Part shown: in pieces, positions 15,763-31,548 of the stretch
How the letters are laid out: every line of letters starts with the position of its first letter
Numbering within the stretch: position 1 is the first letter of the stretch
Assembly: GCA_951406725.2 (NCBI GenBank)
Contig: OX597826.1
Span: 59,024,001-59,088,000, forward strand
Reading direction: 5' to 3'
DNA: 64,000 bases
From: Octopus vulgaris
Taxonomy: Eukaryota
Notes under the pieces: model-generated
Database searches by the model: none
What the model was told of the DNA's origin: nothing
What the model saw: only the letters and a program-made list of their open reading frames with translations
Program-made: the position numbers and the translations under genes

Positions 15763-16176
15763 AGGCGGCGAGCTGGCCGAAACGTTAGCACGCCGGGCGA
15801 AATGCGTAGCCGTATTTCGTCTGCCGTTACGTTCTGAGTTCAAATTCCGCCGAGGTCGACTTTGCCTTTCATCCTTTCGGGGTCGATAAATTAAGTAGCA
15901 GTTACGCACTGGCATCGATATAATCGACTTAATCCGTTTGTCTGTCCTTGTTTGTCCTCTGTGTGTTTAGCCCCTTGTGGGTAGTAAAGAAATAAGTATT
16001 TCGTCTGTCGCTACGTTCTGCGTTCAAATCCTGTCGAGGTCGACTTTGCCTTGCATCCTTTCGGGGTCCGATTAAATAAGTAGCAGTTACGCACTGGGGT
16101 CGATATAATCGACTTAATCCGTTTGTCTGTCCTTGTTTGTCCTCTCAGTGTTTAGCCCCTTGTGGGTAGTAAAGAA
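15763..16176 (+). mobile_element. SINE family B (Nin/Deu-like domain) with an internal tandem duplication
   Basis: tRNA-like head; gactttgcctttcatcctttcggggtcgataaa domain present twice; 19-bp TSD ataggtattatctgttagc (15744-15762 and 16177-16195). Confidence 0.9.
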
Positions 16177-16295
16177 ATAGGTATTATCTGTTAGCTCTGA
16201 TGTAGGGTTAAATAAAAACAAGCCTGAAGAAAACAGAAACGCCCACACAACCATAAAATCATATTACCTTTCCGACGTACCACCATCACACAATA

Positions 16296-16685
16296 GTAGT
16301 AGGAGCACTCCGTCGGTTGCGACGATGAGGGTCCCAGCTGATACGATCAACGGAACAGCTTGCTCGTGGAATTAACGTGCAAGTGGCTGAGCACTCCACA
16401 GACACGTGTACCCTTAACGTAGTTCTCGAGGAGATTCAGCGTGACACAGATTGTGACAAGGCTGGCCCTTTGAAATACAGGTACAACAGAAACAGGAAGA
16501 AAGAGTGAGAGAAAGTTGTGGTGAAAGAGTACAGCAGGGTTCACCAACCATCCCCTGCCGGAGCCTCGTGGAGCTTTTAGGTGTTTTCGCTCAATAAACA
16601 TTCACAATGCCTGGTCTGGGAATCGAAACCGCGATCCTATGACCGCGAGTCCGCTGCCCTAACCAGTGGGCCATTGCGCCTCCAC
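16296..16685 (-). mobile_element. SINE family A
   Basis: Reverse complement of 12047-12436; flanking repeat cacacaata. Confidence 0.9.
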
Positions 16686-17248
16686 ACAATAACTCAACGA
16701 CAAAGACAAACCACCATAACATCACGTAATAGAAGACAAACAAAACAAATACACGTCTGCTGCAACGGTGCCACCAGCCACGTCAAGGCCGCTTATGCAA
16801 ACACACAGCCTCAGTAACGGAATTACGTAGCACTGCAATAAGCGACTCAAATAATAGAGGTCTGTAGTCCACTGTTTGTTGCAAGGTGTGCGCTTGTGTG
16901 CATGTAAATGAATGTATGTATGCGTTTATTTTTTATATGTATGAATGTATATATGTATGTCTGTATCTGTTTGTCAGTCGGATTCTGTCTGTCCGAGTGA
17001 CACTCAGTATCCACTGCCAAGATATGTATACATAGAAACAAACTCACACACGTGCACACTTGCACAGACAGACATATATACACACACACACACATCTGTA
17101 TATGTATAATTAAATGCATATATATACGTATACACACATACAGACACACGTACGTATGCATGTATGTATGTATGTATGTATGTATGTATGTATGTATGTA
17201 TGTATGTATCTGTCTGTCTGTTTGTCCGTTTGTCTGTATGTCTGTCTG

Positions 17249-17306
<58 letters not shown>

Positions 17307-17331
17307 AATCCATCCATCCACCCATCCATCC

Positions 17332-17431
<100 letters not shown>

Positions 17432-17440
17432 GTCTATCTA

Positions 17441-17480
<40 letters not shown>

Positions 17481-17866
17481 TATATATACATATGTATGTA
17501 TGCATACACACACACAAACACACGTATTGCACCACATACATATATAAGAGTGCATGGTGTATGTTATAGTGTTATATATATATGTGTATACAAGAGTATA
17601 TCTATCGTCGTGTCTTATCAACATTTAATAGATTAGAAATAACTGAATGTGATGCCGATGATGGCGTCGTCGTCGACGACAACTACGACGACGATGATGA
17701 TGTTGATGACGATGACTATTGCAACACCAATTACTTTATACTAGACTGCGTACAGCGAGAAAAGTAGAAACAAAAACAAGCAATCGAACAAAGCACTTTC
17801 TATATATACATATATATATATATATATCGAGAGAGAGAGAGAGGAATATATATATATGTATATATT

Positions 17867-18282
17867 ACTCTCTTTTACTTGTTTCAGTTATGTAACTGTG
17901 GCCATGCTGGAGCACCGCCTTTGGTCCAGCAAATCGACCCCACGACTTATTCTTTGTAAGCCTAGTACTTATTCTATCGGTCTCTTTTGCTGAACCACTA
18001 ATGTTACTGGGACGTAAACACACCACCATCGGTTGTCAAGTGATGTTGGGGAGACCAACACAAACACACAAATATATACACACGCATCCATATATATATA
18101 TATATATATATGGATGCGTGGGGCTTCTTTCAGTTTCCGTCTACCAAATCCTCTCATAAATCTTTGGTCGGCCCGTGGCTATAGTAGAAGACACTTGCCC
18201 AAGGTGCCACGCGGTGAGACTGAAACTGGAACGAAGTGGTAATCAAGCAAGCTACTTAGCAGACAGTCACTCCTACGCCTAC
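17867..18282 (-). mobile_element. SINE family C
   Basis: Colinear with 9652-10073. Confidence 0.85.
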
Positions 18283-18325
18283 ATAGGCGTATATATATAT
18301 ATGCCTACATATATACGTATATATG

Positions 18326-18361
<36 letters not shown>

Positions 18362-19929
18362 TACATATACATACATACATACATTCATATATATATATAT
18401 GTCCATACATACACACACACATATATATGCATGTATACATATACATTTATGTAGACAGAAAGGACCATGCCAGTCGTCAGTGTTTATCTAGTAGTGGAGT
18501 TATCTCACAACATAAAAGACAAATGCGGTGTATATATGTGTGAGAACGTTAGAAATAGTATATGACGTAGGTGTATGTAAGACGGTTCGTAAATAACATT
18601 AAATCTTGTACAGCCATCATCGTCGTTGTTGTTGTTTTTCTTATTGATGTTGTTGTTGTTGTTGTTGCTGTTGTTTTTTTATATCCTTCTTTCTTTCTTT
18701 TTCTTTCTTTCTTCCTTTCTTTTCTTTCTTCCTTTCTTTTCTTTCTTTCTTTCTGTCTTTCTTTATGAAGCTGACCAAAAGAACAATGTTTCCAGCCACG
18801 ACCTCTCCATTTATTTTTCTCTATCCTTGGAACTCAGAACCATATTATCCAACGTGTTTTTCTTTTTTTTTTTTTTGTTACTTAAGATAGTTGAATGTAA
18901 TTTGAGTAAAAGATATAGCTCTTGTCTCTTGCAAACCGAGTGATCTAGTATTCTTCGTGTTGTTATTGTGGTCGTTGTCTTTAGCTTTCGATTGTTGTTG
19001 TGTCACTATTTTAATCCCGATTCAAGAGATTTTGAAGAAAAAAATAATTCTTATTGACGCAAGCGGCGAGTTGGAAGAATCATTAGAGCGTGTGGGAAAA
19101 TGCTTCAAAGTATTTGTTTCGATTCTCTCCACTCAATTCTATTCCCGCCGAAACCAACATTTCAAAAAAAAAAATTCTTTATTTTCTAGATGCAAAAACT
19201 ACCAATCTTGTGCATATTGGCAGAAGTATAAACGTATCGGATAGGGTGCTTTACAAAATTTGCTCCGTCCCTTGGCTTTTAAGTTCAAATAACGTTATTT
19301 CTATTTGTCTTTCATATTTTCATGTTTGGTAAACTGAGAAAAGTATCAATCCAAGATTAAAAGCGACTAGAACAGTTCAGAATGCCGTTTCGCTTTCTGA
19401 GTTTAAATCTCGTAACAGTTTACATGAGGAGTAGGTTAAGTCCCTTGTTTGGTCTAACACCAACACCTGATTGCTTCTGTTCCTTTAACGTAATTTAATT
19501 TACATTGTGGTTGATAAGGTTTAGCCCCCATCGGCTTAGCGTCACTTGACTGGTATAACTCTCCTTTTAACCTGTCTTAAGATACTAAAGTGAAGCTCGT
19601 TTTCTGTGCACATATTCATTTACTAGAATACTAATGTAAAGCAATACTCCATGCGAACTTTTAAGCTAGCTTTTGCCGAAGGCTAATTGGGCCAGCGGCC
19701 CCAAATTAAAGAGAGCTACATAGCATGATTATAATACGTCTATAATGACTATATGTCCCGGTAGAGTTTGTTCCAGGTCCATGTTGAATTCCAACTGTTG
19801 GCCAATTTGTCCCAAAGTTCTGCCTCGACGTAAAGTTAACGAAACGAATGTTATTTATCTCCCTCCTGATCTCAGACGTCGTCTAACAAATGCCAACCAA
19901 GATGGCCTGAATCAGCCAAGTTTTTAAAT

Positions 19930-20097
19930 CAGATTCCTATACTGGAGGTTCAAGAACCAAGTGAAGGGCAAATTTTCAATTCCGGGATCATTCTGATTCC
20001 AAAAAGGTATAATATGTCTATGTAGGGCAAATGTAGGCTGAGGTACAGGGATCCCAGACGGACAGACAGAATTTTGCTTTTATTAATATATATAGAT
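19930..20097 (+). mobile_element. 3' end of a Helitron/HINE-like non-autonomous element
   Basis: cagacggacagacagaattttgcttttattaatatatatagat end structure, similar to the end of the element at 30179-31065. Confidence 0.35.
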
Positions 20098-20414
20098 AAC
20101 TTCCAGATCCAGTTTATTGTATTACAATATAAGTTCTAAATACATATATACATATATACTGGAGAACTACATTGTGTAGAAACAATTGGAGTAATTGAAA
20201 AATAAATGTCCAACCTTCTTGTTGACTCCGAATTTTTTCAGTTATCTATTCACAATCGACAGATGCCCAAACGTACGTATAATACTACAACGGGATAGCA
20301 CATGGTGAAATCTGAAGATAGACGGTCTTTATACTGTATTCTGCTACGTTCTTAACAGAATATACCATAACAATATATATATATAACGGGAAAGTTTACG
20401 AAAATAAACAAATA

Positions 20415-20469
<55 letters not shown>

Positions 20470-20610
20470 GGAGAATTCACCCACAAAAAAACAAGAAACG
20501 AAGGCAGGTGGTGTAGACAACAAACTGATGTATTAGTTTAACGCTCGGGTAGTGTAAATGTCTTTAACGCTTCGAGCCTGCGCTCTTCCACCGAAAGCAA
20601 CGAAGAAAGA
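20470..20610 (-). mobile_element. PLE pseudo-LTR fragment with a degenerate hammerhead
   Basis: Minus strand tggaaga gc gcag gctc gaag cg tta aagac resembles a mutated minimal hammerhead; abuts (TA)n. Confidence 0.4.
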
Positions 20611-21321
20611 AACAAGGAGAGAAAATAGCTTCGAACGTCGTGGTGTATTGGAGCGATTTATCATCAACAGAGGAGTCCAGTGTAATCCATGGGCAGGAGA
20701 GATGCAGCTGAAGTGTACGAGAGTAGAAAGTAACAACCAGAGTCCAGGTAAGAAGGTATATATGTAACATAATAAAGATGGCAATACGCAATATAAAACC
20801 AAAAAGAAACCATTCAGTTGTCACCAGTTGTGACTGAGGGACCTACGCAGAATCTACGTTATTAAAAGTAAGAGTTAAAACACTCAGGGCGGCAAGAAAG
20901 CACGTTATCTCATATATCTAGCAACATAGATGCTACCTCGCACCCTCATTCAAAGTTAGTAGCAATTGAAGTGTTGCTTTTTGTTTTTATATTGCGTATT
21001 AGCTACCTCCGTTTTTCTTTTTCTTTTTATATACTTTTCTCATTAGCAATAAATTTATATATATGGTAAATATATATACCGACAGTTCGGATCTAGCCAA
21101 ACCATTTGGCGATGAAGTAGTCAGTGCTGACGAGCCTACAATTTTTCATGCGAAAACAATCTAGTCTAGTGGGCTTATGGGGCGGTTACATCCCCTGTCA
21201 GTATATGAAAATGGGCATTCTTGCAGCTCTAATGATTTGACACTTATTTCTAGTAATATAGGTGCTAATTCGGTCACAATTGGTGACAATTGAATTTTCT
21301 CTCTTTCTCTATCTCTCTCTC

Positions 21322-21376
<55 letters not shown>

Positions 21377-21563
21377 ATATATGTGTGTGTATGTGTATAT
21401 ATATATGTATATATATATATATGTTTATATATATATATGTATATGTATATATATATATATGTATTTGTGTATATATATATTTCTCTATAAATTTCTATCT
21501 ATATACTTATCTATGTGTGCATCTATACATGTATGTATGTATGCATGTATGTATGTATGCATG

Positions 21564-21628
<65 letters not shown>

Positions 21629-21690
21629 GAATTGTGTCCTGACACCATGTTTATTACTATTGCCATGACTAAGCGAAATATTAAAATATG

Positions 21691-21731
<41 letters not shown>

Positions 21732-22511
21732 GCATATTCACACATAAATACATGCGAGTGTATGTATGTATATATATGCACATATATATATATATACATA
21801 TGTATACCATTCATATGCTCACTCTTTCATACGTTGATTCATTCAGTTTATTATTCATTCAATCTTTTATTCATTAAGAATTCTTACTTTCTTACATTCG
21901 CTTGTTAAGCCAAAAAAATATATTTTTTTTGTTCAGTTCAGTTCTTCAATTCATTCATCTTCTCTTTTCATTCAAACACTTGACTCACTGCTATTTCTTT
22001 GTCGCCGTACACTTGCCCACACATATTGTAAATCATTAATGAATGCCAAGAAAATACCAACTCAACAAAGAAATAAAATAATAACGACGTAGAACGAAAA
22101 AACCCGGCATCCACCCTTAATAAATCACGATAAATAAATAAACACGCATATATTTGTTTATTAAGGGTAGATGCTTTGTGAATTTATTTAGATTTAAATC
22201 TCATTCATTCCATTCATAAACTATTCATCTTCAACTTTGCCTTTTAATGTTTGCTGTAGTTGTTTGTGTATGTATGTATGTATGTATGTATGTATGTATG
22301 CATGTATGTATGTATGTATGTATGTATGTATGTATGTATGTATGTATGTATGTATGTATGTTCGCATGTATGTATGTATGTATGTATGTATGTATTTATG
22401 TGTCTGTCTGTCTGACTGTCTGTCAATTTATCCGTCTATCTCTGTATTTGTTGTCTTTTCTGTAGTCCTTAGGTTTGTACGCCAAGGTTTTCGTACGTCA
22501 GTCTGTACGTG

Positions 22512-22542
<31 letters not shown>

Positions 22543-22671
22543 ACACACACACACACACATATATATATATTTCTCTATATGCTTCTATCTATATACTTAT
22601 GTATATATGTATATATGTATATGTGCATGTATGTATGTGCATGTGTGTGTAAGTGTGCATGCGTGTGTATT

Positions 22672-22710
<39 letters not shown>

Positions 22711-22895
22711 CTATAAATTTCTATCTATCTACTTATCAATGTGTGTATGTATACATGTATATATGTATGTATGTATATGTATGTAGTATGTATGTATGTG
22801 TGTGTGTATGTATGTATCTGTTTATTTGTCTTCTATCTATCTACTGTCTGTCTGTCTATCCATCTATCCTCCTCTCTATCTATACCTATATAGTA

Positions 22896-22940
<45 letters not shown>

Positions 22941-23181
22941 TAAATACACATACCCCACATCCCCACATACACACTCACACATATTTCCCTTGCCCCCTAT
23001 ATATATATATATGTGTGTGTGTGAGTGTGTGTGTGTGTGTATGTGTGTGTGTTTCTATGACCGTCTGCCTGTCATTCATCACAATACAAATATACCTGCA
23101 CTCTCATGTTCTCAGACTGCACCCCACACATACAGGCGCAAACACGCAAAACACACTCACACGCGCATCTCAACCCCACCC

Positions 23182-23220
<39 letters not shown>

Positions 23221-23508
23221 GGACGCAAACACACACAAACGCGCGCGCACACACACAAATATTTACATAATGGTGCCCTTTATCCTCGGTTAAAAAAAAA
23301 TCTGTCTCAAGTAAAGAAATCCACCCCATTCATTCATCAAGTGGATCTACACCTACTCATAAGTTATAATGGCGACAATGGGAAAAGATGTATCACGAAG
23401 TGAATGCGTGCGCACAGACACACGCATGCGCAAGCACACGCACACATATACATGCTCGCACATATACACATGCACAGATATGCAGACATATAAATACTCC
23501 AACAAATA

Positions 23509-23631
<123 letters not shown>

Positions 23632-23790
23632 ACATATGTATATGTGTATATATAGATAGATAGATAGATTAATATAATATAATTTATACATATTACATAT
23701 GTATATATATATATGCATATATATTATATATATATGAAATATATATATATACATAATATAATATAATATAATATAATATAATATAATATA

Positions 23791-24265
<475 letters not shown>

Positions 24266-24299
24266 TTTATGCTTGTATACCTAATATAGTGAAATTCCA

Positions 24300-25052
24300 C
24301 AAGTTTCGCCTGCATGTACGAGCAGCAACAACAACCAACATACACCGCCGCCGTCTCCACCATGACCACCACTACCGTCGCAGCCGACGCCGCGCCCCTG
24401 CCGCCGCTGCCACCACCACCACCACCCTCACACTCCCCAACTACAACCACAACAGCAAGAGCGATAATACAAAATACAGCAGCATAGCAATAACCTCATC
24501 GCCTTTAATACCACCCACTACTACAACATGAACGACCACACTACCACGACTACTGCTACAAAAGATATGAATGTTAACACAAAGGCACACCACCAACACC
24601 ACCATCACCACCAATATCACCATCGCTACCACCGCCACCACTGCCACCAGAGCCCAGTCACAGCAACAATACAAACTGCGGTAACCCCTCCACAATAATG
24701 CCACAGCCTTCATTCTCCCCTACTACGACAACAACAGCAACAACCATAGCAAGTCACGACCACCATTACCAAAAATACCAACGGCAACATAAACAATGGC
24801 AATGATAACTGCAACAGCATGCCATCACCCCCAACTACAACCACCGCACCCCACTCCCGCCACTGTTTCTGCCACCGCCGTCACAACCACCACCACCAAC
24901 GCCGCCGCCACCGCTGCCACCATCATCACCATTATCACCCTCATAACCCCTATCACCATCACCATTACCACGACAACCGGCACTAGTACCAGCACCAGTA
25001 CCGCCAGCAGTACCACCCAAAACAACATATACATTAACAGCAACAACAACCA
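24300..25052. repeat. Degenerate (ACC/AAC/GCC)n low-complexity tract
   Basis: Seen directly; translates only to poly-T/H/V peptides. Confidence 0.85.
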
Positions 25053-25354
25053 CCCTCGGACGATGTATTTTTGTATATTTCCAGTATTTTCATCGACAGA
25101 CTCAAATACCGTAAAGCGAGTCTTTATTCTATTTGCTTCAGAAAACTAAAATACTTATTCAATCACTTCATATGTGGCGTGCTGACGAATTAGGTCAACC
25201 GATAATAGAATTCCAATACTTTTTAAGCTTTTGTGGTCTACACGAAATGATTTTCCATGATGTTTACTGCGGTCTAAGGCGTTGTAAACAACACATCCAC
25301 AAAGTTGGATGTGTTAATTAATAGTCGTTGCCTAAGCCATTTCTGTTGCTAACA

Positions 25355-25535
25355 GCTAACATATATAACTGTAAGGATAATCTTGGAACTTGACCGATGA
25401 GAGAAGGCTACGAATGGCCCGTGCATATTTTGTCATGTCCGACTTTTTGTTGTTTTGTCCTGACCGTCTTCGTATCGTCTATTTGTCCGGATTTTTTTAT
25501 TGTTTTCTGTTCCGTTCTCATTCCAGCTTTTAGAT
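25355..25535 (+). mobile_element. Family X repeat, 3' part
   Basis: Similar to 3040-3190. Confidence 0.55.
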
Positions 25536-25615
<80 letters not shown>

Positions 25616-25638
25616 GTATGTATATATATATGTATATA

Positions 25639-25711
<73 letters not shown>

Positions 25712-26745
25712 TATATATAAGCTGTACAGACCCGCCGAACTTGGGTCTGTACCGCTTAGATTCCTTATCGTATCAAGCTTTCCTATCAGAAGAGAAGGAA
25801 CCGGAAGGGACAGTTGCGAGGCATTTTGTGCGACACTTCTGTCAATCTACCGCTTTGCATTGATCCTATCTTTTATCAATCCTGAAAGACTGAAAATCTG
25901 CGGGGTTTGTACTCTGCTCGCAGAGACTAAGTACGTCCACCATGACCCACTTTCTGCTTATATTCCACCCCGTCTTAAAACACACACACTCACACATACA
26001 TATTAGACTATTGGTTTCCATTCTGGGGGGGATTGCAAATCTCATGGGAGCAGGATGGTTTTGAAAGGGTAGGGGGAAACAAAAAGGAGTTTTCTAGATT
26101 TACTATTAGAAAATAGACTTATATCTTGCTCTCTCCTGGACCTGCTTCGAGGACCTGGAACATACATCATTTGTGATCCTCTCTACGCTTTCCATAACGT
26201 GTTGCAAGCTTTTGACTGATTGTATCAGCATTGGATTGAAACTGAAATATATCTTTACAACGGATACGTCTACCGAAGATCCAAACGCGCAACGGACGAA
26301 ACGGTATAGCTACTCTTTTCAGCCCGCTTCTTGTAAAAATGTGACATCACTTTATATGTAGTTCTGTGCGTAAAAAAAATTATTAAGCATTGTTAGAATG
26401 AGGGAGGGGGAAAGATTGCTGGTAAAATGTATTATAGAATGTAGACCCTGATTTACTTAAAATAAGGTGAGACGACCATGCTTGGAACACTTTGGTCATA
26501 CATTCACTCTATCAATCAGAGTTATTCTGCATTAAGCAACAACAACAACAACGACAACGATAACGAATGAGATTCATAAGAAAATGAAATAAATAAAAGC
26601 ACTAAAACACAGGAAATACGCATCCTCACACACACCTACGTAAGCAATCTTTCACTTGCACATGTATGAAAAATATACAGGTACATACTTGCACACACGT
26701 ATACATACGCATACATATACATAAAGCTGTACATACACACATGCA

Positions 26746-26787
<42 letters not shown>

Positions 26788-26819
26788 CATATGCATACAT
26801 ACATATATATATTTATATA

Positions 26820-26931
<112 letters not shown>

Positions 26932-27456
26932 TATAAATCATAGCTAACGAAAATATCGAAAGTATATATAAATGATGCCAAAAGAGAAAAAAAGATGCAA
27001 AAAATATAACGAATGAAATACATTTTTCATCCTAATAAAATTTTTATATATATTATATGAAACATAAAATTTTTCTAGTATATGTTTATGTAATATAGTT
27101 ATCTATAATATGTATTTATTATGAATAATATATATTTTAATGAAAAATATGTATTTAATATTTCAAATGTATGAGAGCGGTTTGATGGCATATTTTCTGT
27201 TTATAAGTTATTCACCTTTCCGTGTGGATGTGTGTGTATGACAGTGTATATGTATATGTTCAAGTTCTATGTGTATGTGCGTTCTGTATATACGTATGTA
27301 TATATGTATGTATATCTATCTATCAGTGTGGGTGTATGTGTGTTCGTGTGTGTGTGTGTGCTTATACGACTGTTTAAGCTTTTATTTATTTGCATATACC
27401 AACGTTTCATATATATGAACAGAATATATATGTCTGTATATATTTAAACATTAATA

Positions 27457-27590
<134 letters not shown>

Positions 27591-27592
27591 CC

Positions 27593-27660
<68 letters not shown>

Positions 27661-27669
27661 CCTACCTAC

Positions 27670-27842
<173 letters not shown>

Positions 27843-28394
27843 GACAAACACGCACCCATTCAAACATACAGGTACGTATGTATGTTAGATGCCTAGCAGG
27901 ATGAAGGCCAAATCCTTTGAAAGAGTGAATAAACTCAATGGAGTTAACGGCCATTCAGCAGCTGAGAGTGAGAGACCCCTGGTGTTTGTTTAGACATCTC
28001 TTTTGGAGAAGGATATTCCGAAATAACAGTGCAAAACCGGAAATCTTGCACTTGCTTACTTGCGGACTATTAGGCTTTATTGGTGAGAGTTTTAGCGTCG
28101 TTGTGCAAGACGTTATTAAGTCTAAGCTTCAGCACAGGTATTTCTGATACCTATTTTCTTTAACATCTTGGATGGTATGTATGTGTGTACGTTTGTTTGT
28201 ATGTATGTATGTATGTATGTATGTATGTATGTATGTATGTATGTATGTATGTATGTATGTATGTATGTGTGTATGTATGTATGTATGTATGTATGTATGT
28301 ATGTGTGTATGTTTGTATGTATGTATGTATGTATGTGTGTGTATGTATGTATGTATGTATGTATGTATGTATGTATGTATGTATGTATTTATCT

Positions 28395-29175
28395 ACATTA
28401 AATGGGAGGACCGCATCAGTGATCTTGAAATACTGGAAGGCTCTCGGTGCGAAAGTATAGAATCTCTTGAGTTAAAGCAAAGGCCCAGATGGAGTGGTCA
28501 TCTGGTCAGGGTGAAGAATTCAAGGATGCCAAAACAACTCTTTTATGGAGAGTTAGCTAAAGGAGGATGATCTCCACATAAACCAAAAAAGAGGTATAAG
28601 GACTTGCTGAAGGCTTCCTTAAGAGATGCTTGCATCTCTCCTGACACATGGGAGGGCATAGCTATTGATTGTAGCAGGTGGAGAAGGATTGTGCACGAGG
28701 GGACAGCTACTTTTGAGAAATCTGGAGTTGCGTATGAGAAAGTAAGGAGGGATGTCAGGAAGGGCATCACTGTTTTACTTCCAGATGGGAAGGGTCTTCC
28801 CATGATGCTGACATGCAGTGTCTGTGCAAGACCTTGCCTCAGTAAAGCTGGACTCAAGAGTCATCTTCGTAGTCATAAAGCGAGACAGATGAGTGACAAC
28901 CTGGCCACTGGTGGTGGTGTTACACACCATACTAATCATATCTGTCAGGCATGTGGAAGAGAGTGTAATTCGGCAGGTGGACTTAAACAACATGCATAGT
29001 TACACGAAGCCCTGTTACAACTACATCCGGCTATTACCGGTAAAGTTTTTATCTGCCAATTCTGTACAAGACATTGTAGATCTTTAGCTGGGTTAAAAAG
29101 TCACATTCGATCACAGCACAATTATAGTTATGCTTCGTGCAATGGCCATACTCGATAACGAGGGGGCAGCCATCA
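28395..29175 (+). mobile_element. 5'-truncated RTE-clade LINE 3' end with three C2H2 zinc fingers
   Basis: One reading frame with two internal stops (28568 and 28997): IKWEDRISDLEIL..RWSGHLVRV..RMPKQLFYGEL..KRYKD (RTE C-terminal motifs), followed by three CxxC-x12-HxxxH/HxxxxH fingers. Inserted in (TATG)n. Confidence 0.85.
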
Positions 29176-29494
29176 TGTATTTATCTAAGTATGTGTGTAT
29201 GTTTGTGTGCTTGTATGCATGCATGTATGCATGTATACCTAATTTTAACAAATTTACCGGGATGAGAATGGGAAGTACAGTACATCTTCACAGCCAAAAA
29301 ACTAACCGCAATTAGGAGGTTTGTTGTCGAGTGTACCCTGTCTGTTTGGACATCCATTATGACAAAATGAAGTGTCCCAAAATACTAGACTGGTCTGAAG
29401 CCGTCTTGGAAACCAAGTGCTGAGTCCCGTGGTGTTCTGTGTTAAAAACTCATTAACCAAATATTTTTAGTTGATTAAATATATTACGTGGAAA

Positions 29495-29730
29495 CTATGG
29501 CTTCGTGTTTGGGGACGCTGAACAGTTGATCGTAAGATTGCAGTTTCGATTCCTGGTGCGGTTTATGCTTTGTGCTCTTCACCAGAACACTTCGTTTCAC
29601 GTTGATCCAGTCCGTTCACTTGGAGCAAAAACGAGTAAACCTGCGACGGACCGAAGCCCTGTCCTGTAGTAGAATATAAGGGCGACAGAATAGGGGGAAA
29701 TGGCGTTATGAGCCTATGACTAGGGAAGAC
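29495..29730 (+). mobile_element. Old tRNA-derived SINE
   Basis: gtttcgattcc B box; cacttcgtttcacgttgatccagtcc resembles the central domain of the 38068 SINE. Confidence 0.55.
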
Positions 29731-30178
29731 AGTTGATTCCGAATATATCACAGGCTATATGAAATACGGTGTTAACTCGTATTGCAGATGGTACAAAATT
29801 GATCGATGAAAGCAAAAACAATTCTTGATTGGTACTTTATTAAATCGATCATAGAATGAAGAAAAGGAAATTTGACAAGAGTGGAATTCGAGCGCAGATA
29901 GACTGGCGACATAACACAATTCCGCAACGTATATTGACCGACACTCCAAAAGTGATACATGGATCAGTAATCGATAAATTCTTTTTGCTATGACCCTCGT
30001 TTTTCTCTTAACTTTTACTTCCTTTTACTTGTTTCTTCTATTGAACTGCAGCCGTCATAGGGCTTTATCTATCATACATCTTATTTTGAAGTCTGGTACC
30101 TGTTCGCGTTGTCTGTTTCGCCGTGCGGCTACGTATATGTATACACACACACACTCACACACACACATATGCATGTAT

Positions 30179-30819
30179 ACTAGCTGACGTACCCGGTATT
30201 TCCCGGGAAAGCGGGGCTTATCCGTTTGTTCCGTTCTCAAAAATGTTTCGCTAATCCAATAACAACAATACAAGGTATGTTTCCCTTAAAACAGTTTGGG
30301 AATTCACAATAAGTTATGAATACCCAAATTGTGAAGTCAGTTGTGTAATAACATGAAATTAGCTAACCGATTCAAATAAAGTAGCCCCGAAAATGGGTTT
30401 AATGCATTCCCAGAGTATATAGAACATAGGAGGAAATACTAACAAGGTATGTATACTAAAATCGCGACGCGCACATCAGATATGAGATAATAACAATTCA
30501 AAGTAAATAACTCTGAAAAGAGCCTTTGTGCGTTCCCAGAGAATATTACCCTCAATGGCGCTAGTGTTGAAATATTCGTGAATAAGTTTCTAACCGAAAT
30601 AAGTGGGTCTATTGTTTAGGAAAATACTATTTACTTGTTTAAGGTTTGTACTGGATAAATTTTGAAAATAACTCTAACAGTTCAAATACTAAGATATAAG
30701 CATTCTCAATTTCTTTTTTACCAAATAATTGAGGAATCTGAATGGGTTATTTCCCTTGGTTATATATAAGGATCTATTCCAAGTGCGAATGAGTTATTTC
30801 CGTTGGTGTTTAGAATAAG

Positions 30820-30887
<68 letters not shown>

Positions 30888-31065
30888 GATCTTTCCAGGG
30901 ACCCTATTATCAATTTTTTCAACACTCCGAGTATGCCATGAGGTTTTCAGACATCAGTTCTACTCACGTGTCAAGTTTCATCAAAGTCGATAAAGTAATG
31001 TAGGAGGAGTTAGCTAACAACTCCACAAACACACCCACAGACAGAATTTACCACACATGTAGTAT
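30179..31065 (+). mobile_element. Helitron/HINE-like non-autonomous element
   Basis: Starts actagctgacgtacccgg..cccggga and ends gtcaagtttcatcaaagtcg...cacagacagaatt; this end architecture is typical of invertebrate non-autonomous rolling-circle elements. Confidence 0.5.
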
Positions 31066-31485
31066 ATGTGTGTGTGTGTTGCACGGGCATGACTGCGTGG
31101 TAGGAAGCTTACCAGTCCCACTGTAAACATATATGCATGTTTTGCTCACACGCTTATGCATATACATACATACACACACACGCAGACACACACACATTTT
31201 ATGTATGTCTAATCGTGTGTTTGTAAATATATGTATGCATATATGAGGTTGTTCATCAGTTTTTCAATCTCCGGTGAGGTGTTTCTCATTTATCTTGTTT
31301 CTATTTCTTCTACGTAGTTTTACATATATTATACCTTGATAATGTGTTGATTGAGATCCCTGTTGACAGGCTCCTGATATTAAATAAATTGTTAACACTT
31401 ACGTTATGCGCTTTAATAGCTCCAGTACTCTAGATTTGTGGAGTATATAAACAGATTGTCTCTTTATTCCTTTAGGTTTTTGAGA

Positions 31486-31548
31486 AATGATGTAGACGAC
31501 CCTGATGAGAATCCAATATGGTTCGAAAACTGATTAAGGCCGTTCATT
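31486..31548 (+). ncRNA. Hammerhead-like motif in a PLE pseudo-LTR remnant
   Basis: gacgacc CTGATGA gaatc caatat ggttc GAAA actgattaa ggccgtt: stems I and II pair; stem III and the cleavage triplet are imperfect. Confidence 0.6.

Noticed and set aside
22107-22174. Small hairpin gcatccacccttaataaa / tttattaagggtagatgc
   Set aside because: Real but short and single-copy here, with no further features to interpret.
24289-25149. Mucin-like Thr/His-rich coding exon
   Set aside because: A degenerate trinucleotide tract with stops and no consistent frame or splice support.
28604-29158. Host C2H2 zinc-finger gene
   Set aside because: In frame with RTE C-terminal motifs, lacks TGEKP linkers and contains stops.
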